Of a stretch of 64,000 nucleotides of DNA, positions 49,756 to 59,119 are shown piece after piece. Numbering within the stretch: position 1 is the first letter of the stretch; each line of letters starts with the position of its first letter. The position numbers and the translations under genes are program-made. The stretch is from an uncultured virus (IMG/VR IMGVR_UViG_3300032268_000397) (lineage: Duplodnaviria; Heunggongvirae; Uroviricota; Caudoviricetes). The DNA lies in the IMG/VR virus record IMGVR_UViG_3300032268_000397. One strand, given 5' to 3'. Under the pieces are notes generated by a model. That model did not search any database. It had not been told where the DNA came from and saw nothing but the letters and a program-made list of their open reading frames with translations.

Positions 49756-51161
49756 TATGAAACCTCATGTTTAACCGCGTGATTATTTAATGTCAAATCA
49801 GTAAAAATATTTCCATTAATATCTCTAGAGTATACTGGGCCGTAAGTTATACCGCCTTGACTATTAGAGCTAACAGAAAGGCCACTAGTAGCAGTTTTTA
49901 AGCTACCAAATAGTAGTGAGAAATTTAACTTAGTCAGTGAACTAGGAGCAAAAGCATGTACAGTTGGCTGTATAGCTAATATGTTTTTATTAGTATTTAC
50001 ATTAACATTAAAGTTAGCAACTTGTTCTTGGTCGTCTGATATTAAAGAGCCATTGCCAGAAGGTATAAGAAAACTGTCTGCTCCAGCAAAAGGATCTGAT
50101 ATACTTTGCAAGTCACCGCTTGAGAATGTGTTTTGAACAAATGATGCATAAGGAGCTTTCTCACAGCTTACAACACCAAGAAAATTATTTAGATCTACTT
50201 GACCAGATACAGATCTTATAGAATAGAAATCGTCTATTAAAGTTCGCCATCCAAGATTAGCTGCATTTCCAGCATTGGAAGAACTATCTGATCTATGACC
50301 CCAAACAACACCAAAAACTGCATGAGAAGCAGTATTAACGGCTTGATATGTTGTTCTAATTTTTTCAAGATATAAGTCATTAGCAACAGAGTTTGCAGAG
50401 CGATTAATTTTAAGTTCTAAAAAACCACCATTTTCTGCTAACGCAGTATTGTCTATCTTGTACTTTAGTTCTATATAGTTCCAATTGTCCGCTATAAGCG
50501 TGTTATTGACACTGCTAGTACCAAGTAAAATAAATTTTGATGGATCAATAGAAAGATTAGCATCTGATCCAGATCCTACTGTAACTAAATTTTTGGGATC
50601 GTCTATGAATTGTTCGCAATTATTATTATATCCATATCTAACGCATATACTACGACTTACAAAGTCATTGATTGCAGTAAATCCTACAGCCGTCAACGTA
50701 TCGTCTAATAAAGCGCCAGTGTTCCAAGCGCGTACTTGTATAGTGCCATTATTTGTTGCGCAAAGATAAAAATGTGGTTTATAGTTTGCGTCTGTTACGC
50801 AAGCAAAAGGAGTAAATACAGCAACCCCATCTCCCCATCTACCGTCAGATGGCTTAGAATAGTGATACGCAAAACCAAGAACACCTTCACTAATATTATC
50901 TCTAAATGGTATAGCTACTTTAGGATAAAAATTCTTATGGTATCTTGTTTGAATTCCAGAACCGCCAGGATTATAAGTTGAATCCTGTCTACTACTAATC
51001 ATAGATAGACAACTGAGTTGATTTCTAGCAGTCGGACCAGAAACTATAGTAGGGGTAACAACACCAGCAACATTACTTGGTCCAAATGGTATATTAATAA
51101 AATCTTTTACAGCTGTATAGCTTTGGTATCTTTCGAATCCTTCAAAGTTTGTAAGTGCCAT
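49755..51161 (-). CDS. Lectin-like (ConA/LamG-like) virion subunit, paralog of 40270..41556
   Basis: MALTNFEGFERY, TPFACV..HFY, DNWNYIELKY, LKINR, DDFY, NNFLGVVSC. Confidence 0.6.
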   Translation of the reverse strand: MALTNFEGFERYQSYTAVKDFINIPFGPSNVAGVVTPTIVSGPTARNQLSCLSMISSRQDSTYNPGGSGIQTRYHKNFYPKVAIPFRDNISEGVLGFAYHYSKPSDGRWGDGVAVFTPFACVTDANYKPHFYLCATNNGTIQVRAWNTGALLDDTLTAVGFTAINDFVSRSICVRYGYNNNCEQFIDDPKNLVTVGSGSDANLSIDPSKFILLGTSSVNNTLIADNWNYIELKYKIDNTALAENGGFLELKINRSANSVANDLYLEKIRTTYQAVNTASHAVFGVVWGHRSDSSSNAGNAANLGWRTLIDDFYSIRSVSGQVDLNNFLGVVSCEKAPYASFVQNTFSSGDLQSISDPFAGADSFLIPSGNGSLISDDQEQVANFNVNVNTNKNILAIQPTVHAFAPSSLTKLNFSLLFGSLKTATSGLSVSSNSQGGITYGPVYSRDINGNIFTDLTLNNHAVKHEVS

Positions 51162-51173
51162 GTATTGTCTCCG

Positions 51174-54100
51174 TTATGAAATTTGTCCAGATACTCTAGT
51201 GCTAATATCACCTAGGCCATTTTGGTTAATTGCTCTGATATTAAAAAACCAATCAAAAGTAGTATCTAAATTAGTAATAACTGCAAAATTTTCGATAGAT
51301 TGAGTATTAAAATTATATACACTTGAATAAGCATTATTTTTCAAGCCACTGTAGGATATTAAGAAATCAGTAATGATGGCACCACCGTTGCCAGGATCTC
51401 CATTTGGAAAAGATGGCGTTGTCATGAATCCAGAAGTGGGTATATTCCAAAACAGCCTTACTCTATCAGTCTTTATGCCGCTAGTTATAGCCCCATTATT
51501 AAAAACATAAGCGCCAGATGCTGATTGTGGGGCGTATGGAATACGCGAAGGTGTAATATCTATAGTTTCAGATGTAAATGGACTATTGCCTACATAGTTT
51601 TTAGCAGACACTTTAAACTTATAAGATGCGCCATTTTGTAAAGAAGTTACTGTACTAGAAGTAGATGTGCTTACGCCTTCATTAAAAGTTATTGTAGATG
51701 AATCAAAAGATGGGTAAGACTCATTAGGTTTACTAATCTGTCTGTATTGTACAGTATAATCGCTTATACTTCCACCGCCATCGTTTGCTGGTGGGTTCCA
51801 AGATAAAGATGCGCTCCTGTTAGATGCGGTGCCTAATAAATTAAGAGGGGCGCTAGGAATTGTTCCAGAAGATACTAGAATAGGGTCTGAAAGCGGAGTA
51901 GAAAGACCAGCACCGAATGTATTCTCAGCATTTATCTTAAAAACGTATCCACTACCAAGCAATAGATTTGGTATAGATAGAGAATTAGCATTGCCGCTTG
52001 CAAAAACAGTATTGTAAACACTATCATTATTAACGGCATAAGAAATATTGTATCTATTAATATTAGAACCACCATTAAAAAGAGGCTGTAACCAATTAAC
52101 AGTAAGTTCTCTGAAGTTGGTGCGAGTAATGTTTAAATTTCGTGGCTCTGAAGGTAACTGATTAACAGGTCTTGCGGTAATAGTTTGACTATAAGTACCA
52201 ACGCCGACGCTATTTATAGCCGCTACTCTTACAGTATATTCTGTACCGTTAACAAGATTAAGTAATGTGAATGTATTACTTGTAGAATTAGTAGTGACTG
52301 AAGTATATGTCAGACCACTGTCTGTACTGTATTGGACACTATAATTAGAAATATTAGCTCCACCATTACTCAATGGAGCAAACCAAGATAAGACTAGTGA
52401 CGCATTAGTACCCTGTGCGCTCAAGCCAGTTGGTTCCTCTGGAGAAGATAGAGAAGGAGTAACAGCAATACTTGGGATTGAATATGCGCCTTTTCCTATC
52501 CTATTAATGGTAGCTACTCTAAAAATATAAGATGTACCATTTACAAGCGAAGTAATAATAGCGCTAGTATTAGTGCTTATTGGCTTAATGAATGTAGTCC
52601 AAGTTGCGCCATTGTTACTTGAATACTGTATATCATAATCTAAAATTTCTAACCCTGCTGTAGAAGATGGAGTCCATGATAGTGAAACTCTTTGATTACC
52701 CTTAGTTACAAGTAAACCGGCTGGCGCATTGGGAACGCTTGCTCCAACTTGCACTAAAATAGTTGTTGGTATTCCACTAACAACAGGAGTAGCAAAAGAT
52801 GCACCAATAATATTAATGTCTTCTGGCTTGCCTATTGTAAAAATATCTGTTATAATTTGATTCTTAGTGGGATTTAAAGTATCAACAAACGTATAATGTG
52901 GCAGAGTTTCATTATTTCTCTGAGCAGTTCTAGCATCGGATATATAAATACGTTTAGAGTTATTGAGGTTATATACATAGCTTGATCTAACAGTATTAAT
53001 ATTTCCACTGTTGCCTACGAACAGGCTAGGCCCAGTATTGCCATTAGTTGGATTAACAATATCATTAGAAACAGAAACGCCTGGAAAATTTAAACCCCTA
53101 TTATTTAAGCTATCTTGAACGAGTGCATTTGCAAAAGTTATTCTTAAGCCACTTGCGCTGCTTGATAATTGAGATGAGCGTGACTGTAAAGACGAATACG
53201 TAAAATTACCACCATAAAGTCCACTATTAACTAATAAAATATCGTCTACGTGACCATAAAAACCATCTACTCTAGTCATTACAGATGGCAGCAATAATCC
53301 TTGCAAGTTGTTGGATTCATAATCAAAGGGCGTCTTTGTTTGGGAATTAAAAAATGTATGAGAAGAAGAACTATAGTTATATTCGTCAATAAATGATAAA
53401 CCTCTTTGAATACCATTAACAAATAATCTAGTTACTTTATCTTTTCTAGATATTGCTACATGATGCCATATGTTGGCGACTAATATTCCAGTAGGAGTCT
53501 GTATTTTTGTATCACGCAAACCATTAGAATCTACTATGTTGTATAGTAATTCTCTTTCCTTAGTAAGAACTAGTGAGTGGTAAGTACCGTTGACGATATC
53601 TGTACTGTTTAAAACATTTGTTGGCCTTGAATCATATAAATATCTCAATCTATCAAAAGTAGAGGGCTGCGGCCTTAACATAAACTCTATGGTAAAATCT
53701 GATGAGCCTAAAGCAAAAGGTTGTTGGGTTGATATAAATTGATCATTGAATCCATTATTTTCTTGTACGACTATTCCTAGTTCAAAAAATGTGGGTATTC
53801 TACCTTGAGTATATAGCGTATAATTTCCATCTGTTCCAACTCCAATGTTTTGATTTCCAGTAGGCATATAAAAAAGTTGATTAGGAAATTCATCAAACAT
53901 AAACTGTATTGGAGTTTGTCCAACAACTTGTGATACGTCTTTTGCCAATGGGTAAAAATATCCTTCAGTACCAACGTAAGTTCCAGAACTCACTCTTGCA
54001 AATACAGCAAAATTGTCTTTTAAGTTTGGATTTGGGCTAACATCTTGCCTTAAGTAATTAAGGTTTGCGTTACCTAATCTTAAAACAACTCCTTCTTGAT

Positions 54101-56819
54101 CTGGAGTAACAGTATCTGATACTATCTTATCTTCGCGTATGTACTGTAAATACATATTAGATATTTTCATCACAAAACTTTCATCAATACCAGAAGGTAT
54201 TACTTGACCAATATCTGTTTCATCACAACTCACCCAAACTGGTCTATATTCACCGTTTATAGAAGCAGCAACAATATAGTGACCCCTATTAATGTCTAAA
54301 GAAGCATCCCTATTGACAACAGTAATTTCTTTTCTGTTGATCCATTGAGAATTTTTTAAAATCAATATGCCACTAGTGGGGAAGTCTGCTGATACTGGAG
54401 CGTCTATATTAGTTTTTGCATATCCCTCAACTACTAAATCAAAAATATCAAATTGATTATCGCCCTTGATAAAAGTTACTTTATCTTTAGAAAAAGAAGC
54501 TACAGTATTAGTTGCGTTGCCGTCTACGAAATTAATATCTAAGGTTCTATTATTTCTTGCAAATTTTAACTCAGCACCTTGCTTGTTATCATTATAATTT
54601 GTTATAAACTGTTGAGTAATTTTACCATCAAATGATGGATTTTTATATTCAATTAGTTGATTATATTCATTTTCAGATTTAGATATAAAGCTGACATGTG
54701 TCCCGCTAGATGGAGTAGAGAGAGAGCTAAGTGGCTTATACACTAGGCTGTTTTCAAGTGATAGCACATTACCGCTAGATACTAAATCTAATCCATCCTC
54801 GTAGCCTAATATTCTTCTTGTTTTTAAGAATCCTTGACTATTAATGCGTAGGCTAATATTAGATAACCAAGAAGCATCTCTATTGAAATTCTTAGTTAAA
54901 GAAACATTTGTAAGTGTTACATTATTTTTATCAAAGTTATTACTAAATATTCCTATACCATTAACAACTCTAATATCATCAACGTATCCAACATAGTTGT
55001 TAACATTGTAATGAGTTGATGTCCAAGCGGTGTGACCAAATCTAAAGGCTTGAGATAAATATCTAGTATTATCATTCACAGAACCTGACAATGTACCATT
55101 AATGAATATTTTCAAAACGCCATTAATTCTAGTAACAGCTATATGATTCCAAGAAAGTGGGGCTACTGTTTGATTAGCATTTGTTGTGAGGGTAACGAGA
55201 TTACTACTATCTATGTTAGTTGAATACTGCAATCTTCCATTTGAAAGTAGAGACAATAGTACGTACTGCCCATTTGCATTTGTTGGACGCATATCTAATA
55301 GGAATCTATATACGTCTGCTGAAGAAGGCAAGCTATCTGGCCTAATCCAAAAGTCTATCGTAAAATCATTAAGATCAAAAGCAAATGCGTTTAATATAGA
55401 AGTTTGTATACCCTGTCTACCGGAACCATTGAGATATAAGCTTTGAGTGCCAGACTTATAACTTACATTAGATAGCGCACTGTTGATGTTATTAACGGTA
55501 AAATTATTATCTGAAAAATCTGATATGCCCTGATTAAAATTTATTAGTAAGGAAGGCTTTTTCACATCCGGCGTATCTGTAGACGGAGTAGGAGCTAGAT
55601 AAGATATACTATATTCTCTATCGTACCAATAATCTTTAGACTTTAAATATAATCCAGCATTATTAATTAAATCGTCTGAAAACAAACCAGCAGCATTACC
55701 ATTGATATCAATATTTGATGCTAAGTAAAATCTTTTAAGCTGTGGTAGTAAAATACTATTTTGTATAACAAGATTATTTACAATAGCATTTCTCCAAGCG
55801 TGATTTGGAGAACCTAGATCATAAAAATTATCTGCCTCGGGTATTATACTGCCCTTAGATGTAACTAACCCTTCTGATCTATGTAAATTAGTAGTGTTTA
55901 ATCCAATATAACCATCTTTGGAGAGAAATAATAAAGTATTGTTGGTATCGCCTTGAGACTGAGGTGGTTTATTAAACGATAAGTTATCTAAAAATTCTAT
56001 TGATTTATCTAGATATAAACTTCTCCACCAGTAATTACGACTACCTAAGTCAAATAAAGCTATAGAGGTATCGTTATTAACATCCAGCCTACCAGACATA
56101 GTGGGGCCGATATTACCACCAACCTGTAGGACGGCTTCGTTGTGAAGCGAAATACCCGTGCTATTTACTGTTGGGGCTATTGCTAATTTTAAATTGGATG
56201 AAGATAGTTTTCCAAATATTAATGGTCTTAAATCATTTCTGGTATTACCAGAAGACCCACACATATCATCATAATCAATGTCATAAGAAGCAATGAATAA
56301 ATTATAGTCTTGCTCTAGGTCTGGAAGTTTATTTAAATGATATCCAGCGGCATGACCTAAAGCTATATTGTAATTTCTGTGTTTATTTAGATATAACGAA
56401 TAATTTCCAATAGAAACATTACCAATACCGTCAATGATGCTAGGTAAAGAATTATAACCTATTGCAATATTCTTACTACCATATAAATTACAACTCATAG
56501 CAAAAGAACCAATAGCTGTATTAAAGCTTGATTGGTAGTTTGAAGCTAGTGCTGAATAACCAAAGGCAGAATTATCTTGACTGAGATAGCCAACAGTACT
56601 GACTGATCTAGATAATGTATTTTCACCAGCCTTAGTAGTTCTATCATTAACTGTAGCAAAATTTGCTGAATTCAAATTTGTAGTAACTAAGATATTAGGA
56701 AGAGAGTCTAGTATGTTGACTAGACTTTCTCTTAAATCTTTAGGTGAAATTCTACCAGAATTATTATCTGGTAGAACTCTATTAATGCTGTCTACAAGCT
56801 GATTTTTTGATAGAATCAT
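51174..56819 (-). CDS. Large fibre/adhesin (1881 aa): N-terminal anchor, NxA(I/F)G beta repeats, 2 LamG-like domains, 5 FN3
   Basis: DNSAFG/NTAIG/NIAIG/NVSIG/NIALG repeats; DLGS...WR motifs; DFTI(D/E)F, WxH(I/V)A LamG motifs; C-terminal FN3 repeats. Confidence 0.85.
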   Translation of the reverse strand: MILSKNQLVDSINRVLPDNNSGRISPKDLRESLVNILDSLPNILVTTNLNSANFATVNDRTTKAGENTLSRSVSTVGYLSQDNSAFGYSALASNYQSSFNTAIGSFAMSCNLYGSKNIAIGYNSLPSIIDGIGNVSIGNYSLYLNKHRNYNIALGHAAGYHLNKLPDLEQDYNLFIASYDIDYDDMCGSSGNTRNDLRPLIFGKLSSSNLKLAIAPTVNSTGISLHNEAVLQVGGNIGPTMSGRLDVNNDTSIALFDLGSRNYWWRSLYLDKSIEFLDNLSFNKPPQSQGDTNNTLLFLSKDGYIGLNTTNLHRSEGLVTSKGSIIPEADNFYDLGSPNHAWRNAIVNNLVIQNSILLPQLKRFYLASNIDINGNAAGLFSDDLINNAGLYLKSKDYWYDREYSISYLAPTPSTDTPDVKKPSLLINFNQGISDFSDNNFTVNNINSALSNVSYKSGTQSLYLNGSGRQGIQTSILNAFAFDLNDFTIDFWIRPDSLPSSADVYRFLLDMRPTNANGQYVLLSLLSNGRLQYSTNIDSSNLVTLTTNANQTVAPLSWNHIAVTRINGVLKIFINGTLSGSVNDNTRYLSQAFRFGHTAWTSTHYNVNNYVGYVDDIRVVNGIGIFSNNFDKNNVTLTNVSLTKNFNRDASWLSNISLRINSQGFLKTRRILGYEDGLDLVSSGNVLSLENSLVYKPLSSLSTPSSGTHVSFISKSENEYNQLIEYKNPSFDGKITQQFITNYNDNKQGAELKFARNNRTLDINFVDGNATNTVASFSKDKVTFIKGDNQFDIFDLVVEGYAKTNIDAPVSADFPTSGILILKNSQWINRKEITVVNRDASLDINRGHYIVAASINGEYRPVWVSCDETDIGQVIPSGIDESFVMKISNMYLQYIREDKIVSDTVTPDQEGVVLRLGNANLNYLRQDVSPNPNLKDNFAVFARVSSGTYVGTEGYFYPLAKDVSQVVGQTPIQFMFDEFPNQLFYMPTGNQNIGVGTDGNYTLYTQGRIPTFFELGIVVQENNGFNDQFISTQQPFALGSSDFTIEFMLRPQPSTFDRLRYLYDSRPTNVLNSTDIVNGTYHSLVLTKERELLYNIVDSNGLRDTKIQTPTGILVANIWHHVAISRKDKVTRLFVNGIQRGLSFIDEYNYSSSSHTFFNSQTKTPFDYESNNLQGLLLPSVMTRVDGFYGHVDDILLVNSGLYGGNFTYSSLQSRSSQLSSSASGLRITFANALVQDSLNNRGLNFPGVSVSNDIVNPTNGNTGPSLFVGNSGNINTVRSSYVYNLNNSKRIYISDARTAQRNNETLPHYTFVDTLNPTKNQIITDIFTIGKPEDINIIGASFATPVVSGIPTTILVQVGASVPNAPAGLLVTKGNQRVSLSWTPSSTAGLEILDYDIQYSSNNGATWTTFIKPISTNTSAIITSLVNGTSYIFRVATINRIGKGAYSIPSIAVTPSLSSPEEPTGLSAQGTNASLVLSWFAPLSNGGANISNYSVQYSTDSGLTYTSVTTNSTSNTFTLLNLVNGTEYTVRVAAINSVGVGTYSQTITARPVNQLPSEPRNLNITRTNFRELTVNWLQPLFNGGSNINRYNISYAVNNDSVYNTVFASGNANSLSIPNLLLGSGYVFKINAENTFGAGLSTPLSDPILVSSGTIPSAPLNLLGTASNRSASLSWNPPANDGGGSISDYTVQYRQISKPNESYPSFDSSTITFNEGVSTSTSSTVTSLQNGASYKFKVSAKNYVGNSPFTSETIDITPSRIPYAPQSASGAYVFNNGAITSGIKTDRVRLFWNIPTSGFMTTPSFPNGDPGNGGAIITDFLISYSGLKNNAYSSVYNFNTQSIENFAVITNLDTTFDWFFNIRAINQNGLGDISTRVSGQIS

Positions 56820-56834
56820 TTAACATATTTCTAT

Positions 56835-57515
56835 TTAATTGAAGACAATTTGTAAAGATTCTGCATCAAATCTTATATTATCTCCAGCATAAACTAATCT
56901 TGGATTTGTCAATGTAGAATACATGAGAACATTACCAGACTTATAGTTTGCATTGTCAAGAATAGCAACACCAGAAACAAAACCCCAATCATTGATAGCA
57001 GTGGGGAAGATTATTTGATACTTATTTACTAAATATCTACTGGGTGCAGGGTAAGTGTTATAGTTTGTATTAGACCCAATGCTTGAGCCAGATCCATACA
57101 CATTGTTGTTACCACTAGCAAAATAAAATATTGTATTTGGAAACTGTGAGAACGTTACTGTTTCTGATGTAGAACCTCCAGCGCGTACTTGTGATAAGTA
57201 TACTGGGTAAAAATTACCTGTTACTCCACTACCAACGCCAGCATTACTTCTGGTTCCAGAAACAGCAAAAGAAACATTGTCAGCAGATGACGCAAATCTC
57301 CAAGCGTCTTGTAGGCTTGTGATATTAACGCGGCTATAACCAGTAATCGCTGAACCAACTCCACTTGGAATTTCAGAAATTGAACTACCATTACTAATAT
57401 CCGTAGCGGGATTAGACAATAGAGCTAAAGCTACAGAGCTTGGCATAGTAAATGGCTGATTAGCAAATACGTGATGTAACAATCCAGATTCAAGGTAATC
57501 AGACAAAGCAGACAT
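56835..57515 (-). CDS. Small virion structural protein (SDYLE...GYxR...FPTA..DWG type) with an inserted FAV..GxFYP module
   Basis: MSALSDYLES, GYSRV, IIFPTAINDWGFVSGVAILD, GDNIRF pattern common in phage minor structural proteins. Confidence 0.65.
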   Translation of the reverse strand: MSALSDYLESGLLHHVFANQPFTMPSSVALALLSNPATDISNGSSISEIPSGVGSAITGYSRVNITSLQDAWRFASSADNVSFAVSGTRSNAGVGSGVTGNFYPVYLSQVRAGGSTSETVTFSQFPNTIFYFASGNNNVYGSGSSIGSNTNYNTYPAPSRYLVNKYQIIFPTAINDWGFVSGVAILDNANYKSGNVLMYSTLTNPRLVYAGDNIRFDAESLQIVFN

Positions 57516-57552
57516 ATAGATTCTCCTTATAATTTATTTTCCATATCTATCT

Positions 57553-57566
57553 ATAATACACAAAAA
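57553..57566 (-). promoter_or_regulatory. Putative late promoter motif (TTTTTGTGTATTAT) overlapping the capsid-gene terminator
   Basis: Identical 14-mer to 60601..60614. Confidence 0.6.
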
Positions 57567-57592
57567 GCCACCCCCATGAATATGAGAGTGGC
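57562..57592 (-). terminator. Rho-independent terminator after the major capsid gene
   Basis: GCCACTCTCAT-ATTC-ATGGGGGTGGC stem (11 bp, 2 G-U) followed by TTTTTGTGT. Confidence 0.85.
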
Positions 57593-57617
57593 CTTACTGT
57601 GTGTGACTAAAACAGTA

Positions 57618-58625
57618 TTAGAATGAGCCTAGAATAATTCTACGGTTATCTAACACGCCAAAGCCAAGTTCCGCAAAGCCATAGTAACCGGCTCTTTGCT
57701 GTCTGTGAAGAGTAGGATCTTCGAATACCTGTAGCTGTTCCTTAACGGGCATTACAAAACTGTCCTTAGTTGACTGATCAAGACCAACGACTAATTCTAG
57801 ATCGTTTGTCTGAACATTACCACCAAGCTGTGAGGTAAAGAATGTCTGATATTCCTGACCTTCGCCTAGTTCGTCAAGATCATGGAGGTTCACACCGTAG
57901 ATTCTGGTGATGGGAGCGCCATCGCCGGAAGCGTTGTAAATCTCACGACGAGTTACTTCGTCAATCTGATCAAGACCCCAATTACGAACATCCTCTAAAG
58001 CTTCTGGAGAAACATAGAGATCAGTTAGGCGACCACGACCAACTGATGCACTATTACCACCAGAATTACGACGCATTACTGTCTGGAGAAGAGAAACAAG
58101 TCTCTTGCTGAAAAGGCCAGCAGTTGCATCGGCATCAAAAACAAGAATGTTACGATCAACGCCAGCAGCTAGAAGAGTGTGCCAGCCATCGTCATTCATC
58201 TTCTTTGTAAAGCCAGCTTCCATAACTTGCATGGCGCGTGACACCACATCCCAACGAGCATCGCGGGCATAACGAAGAAGATAATCAATTGAAGAAGTGA
58301 TACTATATGTTGGAATCATCACATAGTCACTCTCAACTGAACGTTCTGGAATTCTACCGTGGCCGGGATTAGTATAAGCAACATGGTCGCCTTCTAAGCC
58401 GGGAGCCACAAGGTCTAATGGAAACTCAGTGTTGGCACCGGGTTCTACATTAATGGTTTCAAAGATGTTACCAAGAATGTTACCGACAAGAATGCCCTTA
58501 CGTAAGGGTAGTTCCAGTGCTTTAGCAAACTCTCTTTGAGCAGCTTGAGCAACATTGATATCCGCATCCCCTGACTTACGTAGGAGACTGATGAACTCAT
58601 CACTAGGTCTATTATTAATTGGCAT
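57618..58625 (-). CDS. Major capsid protein
   Basis: Synteny after protease and decoration genes; strong AAGGAG RBS; downstream terminator; LYVSPEALEDV, IYGVNL and GYYGFAELGFGVLD resemble HK97-fold capsid motifs. Confidence 0.85.
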   Translation of the reverse strand: MPINNRPSDEFISLLRKSGDADINVAQAAQREFAKALELPLRKGILVGNILGNIFETINVEPGANTEFPLDLVAPGLEGDHVAYTNPGHGRIPERSVESDYVMIPTYSITSSIDYLLRYARDARWDVVSRAMQVMEAGFTKKMNDDGWHTLLAAGVDRNILVFDADATAGLFSKRLVSLLQTVMRRNSGGNSASVGRGRLTDLYVSPEALEDVRNWGLDQIDEVTRREIYNASGDGAPITRIYGVNLHDLDELGEGQEYQTFFTSQLGGNVQTNDLELVVGLDQSTKDSFVMPVKEQLQVFEDPTLHRQQRAGYYGFAELGFGVLDNRRIILGSF

Positions 58626-58652
58626 AAAAATTTCTCCTTTAGTTTAAATTAG

Positions 58653-59102
58653 TCAGGGAAGGTTTACTTCGACTTTGGCATAACCGTCTTCGTCTTTGCT
58701 AGTTAAAAATGCTCCGACCTTATTTCCGCTAGCAACTGCGCTGAAATTTCCAGCGGTTACTGTGCAGCGATAAGCGGTAGCACCAGCAGACGGAGTGCCA
58801 GTTACGTTACTGGTGACTACATATCCTTTACGTAGGACTGTTACCTTGCCACCCTTTTGTACTTCATCCTTATATAGATTAAGGTGAGTTCTAGTTAGAT
58901 CCTTGTTTACAACGTCGTTAAGAAGAACGCCAACTGGAATGCCAGTTGTTGAATACTTAACAAGATTGACACCTTGATCCATTGAAGCACCTGAACCAGC
59001 TGTTGTATCGTGAGAAACTACGCCACCGCGAGTGGCAGTTCCATCGTTATAGAAAAAGCTGATATCAGTTTGAAGTTCATATCTATCTGATTTTAGAGCC
59101 AT
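58653..59102 (-). CDS. Head decoration / capsid cement protein
   Basis: 149 aa, Gly-rich beta protein directly upstream of the capsid gene; strong RBS. Confidence 0.65.
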   Translation of the reverse strand: MALKSDRYELQTDISFFYNDGTATRGGVVSHDTTAGSGASMDQGVNLVKYSTTGIPVGVLLNDVVNKDLTRTHLNLYKDEVQKGGKVTVLRKGYVVTSNVTGTPSAGATAYRCTVTAGNFSAVASGNKVGAFLTSKDEDGYAKVEVNLP

Positions 59103-59119
59103 AGTTATTTCTCCTTATA

